Origin: an archaeon | Lineage (GTDB): Archaea > Iainarchaeota > Iainarchaeia > Iainarchaeales > CSSED10-239 | Direction of reading: 5' to 3' | DNA length: 32,000 nt | Assembly: GCA_041657425.1 (NCBI GenBank) | Contig: JBBABY010000005.1 | Location: forward strand, 60,633-92,632 | In this document: one piece after another, positions 25,200-32,000 of the stretch | How the letters are laid out: every line of letters begins with the position of its first letter | How positions within the stretch are numbered: position 1 is the first letter of the stretch | Position numbers and translations under genes: made by a program | Notes under the pieces: generated by a model | Told to the model about the DNA's origin: nothing | The model's database searches: none | The model's input: the letters and a program-made list of their open reading frames with translations, nothing else

Positions 25200-27776
25200 A
25201 TGGCTATAGAAAAATATAAAGCAGATAAAGAAGAGAAAGATTTCTTTGAAAAAATAGAAGATGAACCAGCAGAAGAAGAGTTAATTGATACCGTTAAAGA
25301 AAAAAAAGAAAAGATAAAAGAAATATCTCCAAAGCTTGAATTTTTAACAGATCCAAAGGATCCAGAAATGGTCTATATTGGAAGAAAAAAAAGCGTTCTA
25401 AAGGATCATGGTTCTAAGTCTTGTGCATTCTTAGGAAAGGTTTATGAGGATGATTGTAGAGATAAAAAGGTACATCTTGATGGATTAAACCCTCATGTTG
25501 TGTTTATAGATGGTTCAAGAGGATCAGGTAAGAGTTATGGCCTTGGGGTAATTGCTGAAGAGTTATCTGCAAATAATCCATATATTGGACAGATTGTTGT
25601 TGATCCAGTAGGTGTCTTTTGGTCCATGAAATATCCAAATCAAGAAAAGAAAGAACTAGAGGAATTAATTGCTTGGGGATTATCTCCAAAAGGTTGTAAT
25701 AATTTAAAAGTTTTTGTTCCAGAAGGAGTAGTAAGTAAAGTTTCAAAAGAAACATATGATGAAACTTTTTCAATGTATCCATCTTTACTTTTAGCAGAGG
25801 ATTGGTGTCTAACTTTTGGAATTGATAGATTTAATCCAACAGGTTTACTTCTTGAAAAAACACTATCTTTCGTAAAAACGGGTTATAAAGCAGGAGATCC
25901 AAGTAAAGATGATGTTCCTGAGCAGGACATTCCTTCTAAAGGAAATCTTTACACATTAGAAGACATAATTTTTTGTTTACAAAACGCAATGGAGTTTAAG
26001 TCTTCTTCAACAGGTTATAAGCAAGATTCAATAAGAGCATTAGTTTCAAGATTTGAAGCAGCAAAGGCTTGGGGAATATTTAGTGATCACGGTACACCAC
26101 TTTCAAAGCTTTCAAAGGAAAGACAATTGACAATTCTTGATACTAGTTTTTTAGATGACAATATCACAGCACTAGTTATTGGAATATTAGCAAGAAGAAT
26201 ACTTTCTGCAAGAAAGTTAGTAACAAGACAAGATGCAATTAAAAAGTTTGATGATAATTCAGAAAGTCCTGATGATCTTCTAGAGATATCAATTCCTCCA
26301 ACTTGGGTGTATATTGATGAAGCTCACACATTAATACCTTCTGGTAACACAATCACTCCAGCAACAAACGCAATAATTGAATATGTTAAGCAAGGAAGAA
26401 GACCAGGTTGTTCAATGGTTCTTGCCACTCAGCAACCTTCTGCAATCAACTCCAAGGTTCTTTCTCAAGTTGATATTTTCATAAGCCATAAGCTTGTTTT
26501 CAATGACGATATCCACGCAGTTCAGAAAAGAATGCCTGCAATTATTCCTGAGGCTTACAAGGATCCTAATTTCATAAAGACACTTCCAGTAGGTGTTGCA
26601 TTAACTGGAGATAGAGGAGAAGAAACAAAAAGAGCATTTATCTTAAAAATAAAACCAAGACTAAGTCAACATGAAGGAAGAGATGCAGAAACAATTAGAG
26701 AGGTTCCAACATTAGGAAAAAAAGAAATAATTAATTTTTGTTCAGACATGGTATATAAGAAATTAGTTGCTTCAAAAACTTTAAAGACAACTGATGCAAA
26801 AGATTTGCTTGACGTAATTAATTCAAAGTACAATAGCGAAATAACATTTAATGAAGTATTAATCTCATTAAGTAAGATGGGTGTTGTTGAAAAAGAAAAC
26901 ATCTTAGTGTTTGCAAACAAAAGTCAAAAACAAAAAACAGAAATATCAAAAGAAGAAATAGAAAATATTAATCAAGCCATTGAGTATTCAAATGCAGTTG
27001 ACCAAAACCCAGAACTTAGAGAACCTGCTCCAGAAATAGAGCCAGACTACAAGCCAGTTCTTCCTCAAAGGATTTCAAGAGAAATAGCAATTAATATTGC
27101 AAGTAGAACTAATAAGAAGAAGTTCTTTTTTATTAAAGAAGAAGAATCAATTACTCAAATACATATAGTTTACAGAAAACTATACAAAGTAATTTACAAT
27201 ATCTTTGATGAAGAAGAAAATTATATCACTCATAATTGTTTCATAGATTCAATAACAGGAGAATTCATACATTTTGATGGAGTTGATTTTAAGGAGTCAA
27301 CTGGTTTTAATCTTGTTGATGATTTAACTGTTGATGATATTATATTACTAGATAAAATCTTTGCTTGGAGGACTCCAGAAGAGTTGTCTGAAGAATTAGA
27401 AGCAACTCCCGAACAAATAAAAGAAGATTTAATTTCTCTAGTTGACAGAGAATTAGCAGATGTTGATTTAATAAATAAACAAGAAGCTTTCAGAATTAAA
27501 AGAAAAATAGATGTGCCATTTTCCCCAAAGCTTTCAATTCTTTCTTCAGTAACTGATCTGCCATTAAAGAAGCAATTAATCCCAATTGTAGAAGATGAGG
27601 AAGAAATATCAAAAGAAGAAATTGATGAGAGATTAAATAAGTTATGGCAAAACATAGAAGTAGTAGACATTGAAGAAGTCTTTTGGCCAATCTGGGAAAT
27701 TAATTCAAGAGACAAAAGAGCAAATGATAGATTTGTTCTAGTTGATGCAGTACTTGGTCAAATAGTTGATGCTTAA
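25200..27776 (+). CDS. HerA/FtsK-superfamily (DUF87-type) P-loop ATPase with a long C-terminal extension
   Basis: 858 aa. Walker A VFIDGSRGSGKS, Walker B WVYIDEAHTLIP, GRRPGCSMVLATQQPSAI and FISHKL motifs. An acidic N-terminal tail and a C-terminal extension of about 370 aa are not typical of HerA. Confidence 0.8.
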   Translation: MAIEKYKADKEEKDFFEKIEDEPAEEELIDTVKEKKEKIKEISPKLEFLTDPKDPEMVYIGRKKSVLKDHGSKSCAFLGKVYEDDCRDKKVHLDGLNPHVVFIDGSRGSGKSYGLGVIAEELSANNPYIGQIVVDPVGVFWSMKYPNQEKKELEELIAWGLSPKGCNNLKVFVPEGVVSKVSKETYDETFSMYPSLLLAEDWCLTFGIDRFNPTGLLLEKTLSFVKTGYKAGDPSKDDVPEQDIPSKGNLYTLEDIIFCLQNAMEFKSSSTGYKQDSIRALVSRFEAAKAWGIFSDHGTPLSKLSKERQLTILDTSFLDDNITALVIGILARRILSARKLVTRQDAIKKFDDNSESPDDLLEISIPPTWVYIDEAHTLIPSGNTITPATNAIIEYVKQGRRPGCSMVLATQQPSAINSKVLSQVDIFISHKLVFNDDIHAVQKRMPAIIPEAYKDPNFIKTLPVGVALTGDRGEETKRAFILKIKPRLSQHEGRDAETIREVPTLGKKEIINFCSDMVYKKLVASKTLKTTDAKDLLDVINSKYNSEITFNEVLISLSKMGVVEKENILVFANKSQKQKTEISKEEIENINQAIEYSNAVDQNPELREPAPEIEPDYKPVLPQRISREIAINIASRTNKKKFFFIKEEESITQIHIVYRKLYKVIYNIFDEEENYITHNCFIDSITGEFIHFDGVDFKESTGFNLVDDLTVDDIILLDKIFAWRTPEELSEELEATPEQIKEDLISLVDRELADVDLINKQEAFRIKRKIDVPFSPKLSILSSVTDLPLKKQLIPIVEDEEEISKEEIDERLNKLWQNIEVVDIEEVFWPIWEINSRDKRANDRFVLVDAVLGQIVDA

Positions 27777-27791
27777 AAGAAGGAAAAACTT

Positions 27792-28127
27792 ATGTTAGAT
27801 TTACTTAAAAAAAAAGAAGATACAAAGCTTAGTGTTGATTCATTTATTTTAGACTCATGTAAAGCAACACCTGGTTTTGAGTTTTTCCCTAAGAAATCCA
27901 CAAAGATTGATTTAGAGAAATTATTAATGACTTTAAGGACAAAGAACTACTATATAGAAAAAGATAATTCTCCATTTCTAATAATTATAAAAACAAAAAA
28001 AGGAACAGTTACTATTTTTAGTTCATTAAAAATAATAATTAGAGAAACAACACAAGAAAAAGTTGCAAAAGCAATACTTACTGATCTCTTAAAAGTAATA
28101 AACGATTTTTTGTATAAGCAAGGGTGA
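27792..28127 (+). CDS. Small protein with a TBP-repeat-like motif, probably co-translated with the ATPase
   Basis: 111 aa, starting 15 nt after the ATPase stop and preceded by gaagga. FLIIIKTKKGTVTIFSSLKIIIRETTQEKVAKAI resembles one TATA-binding-protein repeat (tentative). The last 10 nt overlap tRNA-Ser(CGA). Confidence 0.5.
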   Translation: MLDLLKKKEDTKLSVDSFILDSCKATPGFEFFPKKSTKIDLEKLLMTLRTKNYYIEKDNSPFLIIIKTKKGTVTIFSSLKIIIRETTQEKVAKAILTDLLKVINDFLYKQG

Positions 28128-28207
28128 CTGAGTTCGGTTGAAGGTGCTAGTCTCGAAAACTAGATGCGGTTTATACCCGCACATGGGTTCAAATCCCATT
28201 CCTTGCG
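28118..28207 (+). tRNA. tRNA-Ser (anticodon CGA)
   Basis: Acceptor gcaaggg/tccttgc (one G-U pair), anticodon stem ctagt/actag with loop ctCGAaa, long variable arm tgcgg-tttatac-ccgca, T-arm atggg-ttcaaat-cccat, discriminator G. No CCA. Confidence 0.9.
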
Positions 28208-28282
28208 TAGAGCCGGTTGCGGTCAGCTCGCGCCCAGCCTGGTTTGAATATCATGCACTACTCGGTTTCGCTTGCGCACAGT
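28208..28282 (-). repeat. GC-rich module B, an inverted homolog of module A, abutting the 3' end of tRNA-Ser(CGA)
   Basis: ccggttgcggtc (28213-28224) and gcgcccagcc (28230-28239) are exact reverse complements of 17256-17267 and 17184-17193. The next 40 nt or so resemble the reverse complement of 17150-17183. Confidence 0.6.
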
Positions 28283-28388
28283 GGTTAATCTCCTAAACAG
28301 ATTATAAGGTTTAACCCTAATTAAAAAGAGGTATTTATATAAACTTTATATCATAATCTATTTATAGAAATCAAAGGAGATTTAAATA

Positions 28389-29669
28389 ATGAATAAAAAA
28401 ATATTAATTGGAATTTTTATAGTATTAATAATAGGTGTTGCAACAGCAGGAGCTGTTGCGTTTTTAAGACCTTATAATCCATTAACTCCACCATCAGTTG
28501 ATGATACTGGATTAACAACAGAAGGAATACAAGAAGTAGCAAATGCCAATAATAAGTTTGCAATTGATGTCTATAAACAAATAACTGCAACGAATAATGA
28601 CAATGTTTTCGTTTCTCCATATAGTATATCTTCAGCATTAGCAATGACTTATGAAGGGGCAAATGGTCAAACTGCAGATGAAATGAAAGCAGTTTTTAAT
28701 TTTCCTGAGACCGATTTAATGAGGCCTAACTTTGCAGCAGTTTATAATATAATTAATAAAGAAGATAAGCAATATGAACTAAGGACTGGAAATGCTTTAT
28801 GGATTCAGAAAGATTATACGATTTTATCTAATTATCTTTCAACAGTTGAAAAATATTATGGTGGTAAAGCAGTAAATTTAGATTTCATAAATGAAACTGA
28901 AAAATCTAGATTAACAATTAATAGTTTTATTGAAGAACAAACAAATAATAAAATAAAAAATTTGATTCCAGTAGGTTTAATTTCAGGAGATACAAGACTT
29001 GTTTTAACAAATGCAATATATTTCAAAGGTAAGTGGGATGTAGAATTTAATAAGGATAATACAATAAAAAGAGAATTTAGAACGCCAACAGAATCAAAAG
29101 AAGTTTTGACAATGTTTATGGCTCCAAAACCAGAAGAATTATTTAATTATTTTGAAGATGAAGAACTTCAAGCAATAGAGTTGCCTTACAAAGATAAAGA
29201 ATTATCAATGGTAATAATACTTCCAAAAGAAGATAATGTTTTAACAACACTAGAGCAATCTCTTACCTCTGAGAAATTAAATGAATGGACAAGTAATTTA
29301 AAAGAATCAAGAGTTGATGAAATTTATTTTCCAAAATTTGAATTTGATTCAGGTGCAGAATTAAGTGAGATATTAAAAGATATGGGAATGCCCACAGTAT
29401 TTTCGGCTTCAGCTGATTTTTCTAAAATGACTGGAAATAGGGAATTATCAATTGGTGCAGTAATCCATAAAGCATTCATAAAAGTAGATGAAGAAGGTTC
29501 AGAAGCTGCAGCAGCAACTGCAGTAGTAATGAGGGACACTGCTGTGGGGCCAGGAGATACGCCACCTAAAACAATATTTAAAGCAGATCATCCATTTCTT
29601 TTTTTGATTAAAGAAAACAGCACAGGAACGATCTTGTTTATGGGAAGAATCAATGATCCTTCCTCTTAG
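28389..29669 (+). CDS. Serpin-family protease inhibitor with N-terminal membrane anchor/signal
   Basis: 426 aa. NVFVSPYSISSALAMTYEGANGQTADEM, TNAIYFKGKW, hinge EEGSEAAAATAVV and DHPFLFLI are canonical serpin motifs. N-terminal hydrophobic helix ILIGIFIVLIIGVATAGAVAF. Confidence 0.9.
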   Translation: MNKKILIGIFIVLIIGVATAGAVAFLRPYNPLTPPSVDDTGLTTEGIQEVANANNKFAIDVYKQITATNNDNVFVSPYSISSALAMTYEGANGQTADEMKAVFNFPETDLMRPNFAAVYNIINKEDKQYELRTGNALWIQKDYTILSNYLSTVEKYYGGKAVNLDFINETEKSRLTINSFIEEQTNNKIKNLIPVGLISGDTRLVLTNAIYFKGKWDVEFNKDNTIKREFRTPTESKEVLTMFMAPKPEELFNYFEDEELQAIELPYKDKELSMVIILPKEDNVLTTLEQSLTSEKLNEWTSNLKESRVDEIYFPKFEFDSGAELSEILKDMGMPTVFSASADFSKMTGNRELSIGAVIHKAFIKVDEEGSEAAAATAVVMRDTAVGPGDTPPKTIFKADHPFLFLIKENSTGTILFMGRINDPSS

Positions 29670-29742
29670 TTCTTTTTGAAAATGAAATAAATTGCTTTTA
29701 TTTTTCAAATTTACAAAATTTTAAAAAATACAAACTATAACC

Positions 29743-29750
29743 TTTAAATA
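29743..29750 (+). promoter_or_regulatory. TATA-like box preceding the candidate ncRNA
   Basis: cctttaaatac sits in an AT-rich spacer, 22-30 nt upstream of where the GC-rich structured segment begins. Confidence 0.4.
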
Positions 29751-29772
29751 CAAGTTAATCCTAATATATATG

Positions 29773-29859
29773 TATGTCAGCTGCTAGTTCGTTCGTCAGG
29801 TAACCAATCCTGGGGGACAACCTAGGGTGGCAATATCCTTTGTGATATCCTCTGACATA
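29773..29859 (+). ncRNA. Candidate structured small RNA of unknown class
   Basis: A markedly GC-richer 87-nt island closed by a perfect 8-bp terminal stem (tatgtcag 29773-29780 / ctgacata 29852-29859). It has internal helices such as cagg-uaaccaau-ccug, a TATA box upstream, and a tattttttaa T-run immediately downstream. Confidence 0.4.
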
Positions 29860-30366
29860 TTATTTTTTAAAAAGATATTGCTCTATTTCTTCTAAATTTA
29901 ATTTGACACCTGTGTTAAGTTTATTCTTTTTATTAGTTCTCATTAAATAAGAATATTTGTGTGCATAAGAATAAGAATTTAATTTGCAAAAATATATATT
30001 CTCCTTTTCTAAATTCAATTTTAATTTTGCTATTAATAAATATTCTAGATTACGAATGATATCTGCTTCTTTACCATCAAAATCTCTACATATATTTAAA
30101 ATAATTTTTTCGTTATTTAATTTTTTGTGGATAGATAAAAATAAGAAATATATGATTACAGAATACAATCTTATTTTTAAATTTACTTTGCCAGATCTTG
30201 AATTTTCAAAACGCGTATATTTTTTCTGATTATATCTGATATTAATTAGATTAACCATTTTGGTTGTTATTTTGAATCCTATAGTAATATCTTTATTATT
30301 AGATATACAAATTGTATAATCTTTACTAAGTAAATCCTCTCCACTAACATCAATATCAAAGTTCAT
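29860..30366 (-). CDS. Hypothetical protein
   Basis: 168-aa ORF. The N-terminal FDIDVSGEDL and later ICRDFDGKE acidic motifs vaguely resemble DUF3800- or nuclease-like active sites (unverified). Confidence 0.45.
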   Translation of the reverse strand: MNFDIDVSGEDLLSKDYTICISNNKDITIGFKITTKMVNLINIRYNQKKYTRFENSRSGKVNLKIRLYSVIIYFLFLSIHKKLNNEKIILNICRDFDGKEADIIRNLEYLLIAKLKLNLEKENIYFCKLNSYSYAHKYSYLMRTNKKNKLNTGVKLNLEEIEQYLFKK

Positions 30367-30490
30367 AATTTCTCAACAGGATTATAAATACATTTTAGAG
30401 CGGTTGAGGTTTATAAAATCCGTCGTAATCTTTTTTTGTAATTTTGAAATAAACATATATTTAAAAGCAGTAACTTCCTATAATTATATA

Positions 30491-31453
30491 ATGAACAGAA
30501 ATACTTTATTTGTAGTTAGTATAATCCTTTGTTTATTCATAACTCCTCTAATTTCTGCCAAAGAACAAGCAGTATTATCAATACTAACTACTCCAGATAA
30601 AGATGCAGATACTTATTATGTTTCTAATTATTCAACAAGAGAAATAACTTTTGAGTCCACTTACAATCTAGGGAACAATCAAGAGGGCAAAGCAGTTTAT
30701 AGTTTGCAAGTTTCTCCAGATACTAGTGGTTTAGATATTGAACTATCAACAATAGAAAGTAATTTTATTAATGATTTAGATTCAAAAGAAGTACTTTATA
30801 TAAACACAGAAAAATTAACAGGGAATAAAACAGTTCAATTAAGAGTTTCAATATTTGATAATTACAATAATCTTTTAAGTACAAAAGTAAAATTTCTAAA
30901 GTTAGTTCCAAATAATTCAAATGATTATTATGAATACACTAAAGATCACACAGCTCCAAAATATATAGGTTATAATCTTTCAAGAAAAGTGTCAGTGATT
31001 AATGGATATAAAGATTCGGATTTAATTTCAATATTTACAACCACAGAAGATGGGTATGTTAAAGATATAACTTGTATTTCAAGCAATTCTGCAATAGTAA
31101 CAAACTTAATCTATAAAGATTCAAAACAAACAGATCTTAATATTTCAATTGATGTTAATGGTACATTACAATCAGGCGACTATATAATCAATTGTTTTGT
31201 TTATAATGCTTATGATAAAGAAGAAGTCGCAGAAATAAAGTTAAGATATACAAACATAGATTATCCAAAGCCAAAATTAATTAATATAGATATAAATAAA
31301 TCAACAAGTAAATCAATAGATACAAATTCTTCAGTAACCCCAAAGAACAGTGTAACTGGTTTTTTAGGTTTACCAAAAACCGGAAATCTAACTTACGTTC
31401 TTTTTGTAATATTTATTTTGTTACTGGTGTTAATCCTTTTTTCTAAAGACTAG
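30491..31453 (+). CDS. Secreted surface protein with a C-terminal LPXTG-type sorting signal
   Basis: From the ATG at 30491: MNRNTLFVVSIILCLFITPLISAKEQ (signal peptide). The C-terminus is GLPKTGNLTYVLFVIFILLLVLILFSKD, that is LPKTG plus a hydrophobic helix plus a short charged tail. Confidence 0.65.
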   Translation: MNRNTLFVVSIILCLFITPLISAKEQAVLSILTTPDKDADTYYVSNYSTREITFESTYNLGNNQEGKAVYSLQVSPDTSGLDIELSTIESNFINDLDSKEVLYINTEKLTGNKTVQLRVSIFDNYNNLLSTKVKFLKLVPNNSNDYYEYTKDHTAPKYIGYNLSRKVSVINGYKDSDLISIFTTTEDGYVKDITCISSNSAIVTNLIYKDSKQTDLNISIDVNGTLQSGDYIINCFVYNAYDKEEVAEIKLRYTNIDYPKPKLINIDINKSTSKSIDTNSSVTPKNSVTGFLGLPKTGNLTYVLFVIFILLLVLILFSKD

Positions 31454-31457
31454 ATTC

Positions 31458-31901
31458 TTAAGTAATCTTATCAAGTAGCCAGTGAGATAATATTCCAATA
31501 CATCCTGCAAGGAAGTAAACTAAATTAGGATAGCTTATAAAAAGTAAAGGTATAGCAAATATTATCCCAACAAGTGGTGTGTGTAGTATATCTCTGTGGT
31601 TAACTAATTGTAAGAATATTTCTATTAGAACAAGCACTCCAATAATTATTAAAAGCGTAATCTCTTGAGCAATAAATAAATAAATAATCCCGAGTAAGAT
31701 TATAGCATAAAGAACAATATGATTAAATTGTACTTTTATCCAAGAACTTTTAAGATCAAGATCAGGTATTAAAGAATATAATGCACAAAATACAAATGCT
31801 AAGAAAGTATTTGGTCCAGTGATACTTAAGATGTCCACAAAGAACATATAGAACACAACAAATAATAAACTTGCAAATAATATGTGGTTTATTTTGTTCA
31901 T
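31458..31901 (-). CDS. Membrane-bound metal-dependent hydrolase, DUF457/YdjM-like
   Basis: 147 aa, multi-TM, with IPDLDLKSS, NHRDILHTPL and SHWLLD motifs. Confidence 0.65.
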   Translation of the reverse strand: MNKINHILFASLLFVVFYMFFVDILSITGPNTFLAFVFCALYSLIPDLDLKSSWIKVQFNHIVLYAIILLGIIYLFIAQEITLLIIIGVLVLIEIFLQLVNHRDILHTPLVGIIFAIPLLFISYPNLVYFLAGCIGILSHWLLDKIT

Positions 31902-32000
31902 AAATAATCTATTTTTAAACCTTTTATAAATATTATATATGTTTAAAGCTTTATATTTGTTTTGTAATATGAATTTATATGAAAATGTGATAATTTATGG

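Noticed and set aside
29773-29859. C/D-box sRNA or aberrant tRNA assignment for the candidate ncRNA
   Set aside because: A CUGA box is present near the 3' end, but there is no RUGAUGA C box at the 5' end and the guide spacing is wrong. There is no GTTCGAATC-type T-loop or cloverleaf.
21-30229. Many 60-160-aa ORFs antisense to or overlapping the annotated genes, such as 21..245, 977..1267, 1705..1896, 2792..3046, 3079..3459, 5089..5382, 6045..6369, 7384..7587, 8182..8406, 10639..10902, 14026..14259, 15367..15624, 19829..20227, 21166..21423, 23062..23370, 23644..23883, 25504..25782, 26666..26920, 27230..27715, 28417..28662, 29324..29708 and 29984..30229
   Set aside because: These are shadow ORFs within confidently assigned genes. 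Their composition is low-complexity (L/I/F/S-rich), with no motifs or translation signals.
30404-30490. 29-codon upstream extension of the LPXTG protein ORF
   Set aside because: It starts at a non-ATG codon. The Met at 30491 gives a canonical signal peptide.

Overview
Strongly AT-rich, gene-dense archaeal sequence. Support for archaeal origin: a canonical archaeal histone, TTTAAATA-type TATA boxes 22-30 nt upstream of several start codons (leaderless-looking genes), GGAGG-type RBS on others, and tRNA genes that do not encode CCA. The many small surface or hypothetical proteins suggest a DPANN-type archaeon; this is inference only. Bases 1-16200 are mostly housekeeping and transport: two divergent CPA2/RCK antiporters, a glycosyltransferase, a P-loop kinase, a PHP phosphoesterase, the histone, tRNA-Gly(CCC), an MBL hydrolase, DUF1653/DUF1015/DUF4349-like proteins, a DNPH1-like hydrolase and CTP synthase. 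This part also holds a surface-protein paralog family whose promoter, 5'UTR and N-terminal anchor are near-identical while the ectodomains have diverged. Bases 16200-28300 look accessory and are the most unusual part. They contain three tRNA-Ser isoacceptor genes (UGA, GGA, CGA). tRNA-Ser(GGA) is followed by three direct copies of a tRNA-Ser 3' end (att-like scars) that delimit small cargo segments with no integrase. A GC-rich non-coding module occurs in up to four copies. Two of these abut tRNA-Ser(GGA) and tRNA-Ser(CGA) in inverted orientation, with 12-nt and 10-nt perfect complementarity, and bracket about 11 kb. Inside that bracket is a same-strand cluster built around an 858-aa HerA/FtsK-superfamily ATPase, a PolB-exo-like 3'-5' exonuclease and small unknown partners; it matches no HerA partnership I recognise. 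The right end carries a membrane-anchored serpin, a promoter-to-T-run candidate ncRNA of about 90 nt, a secreted protein with an LPKTG-type sorting signal, and a DUF457-type membrane hydrolase. No CRISPR array, rRNA, transposase or recombinase was seen.
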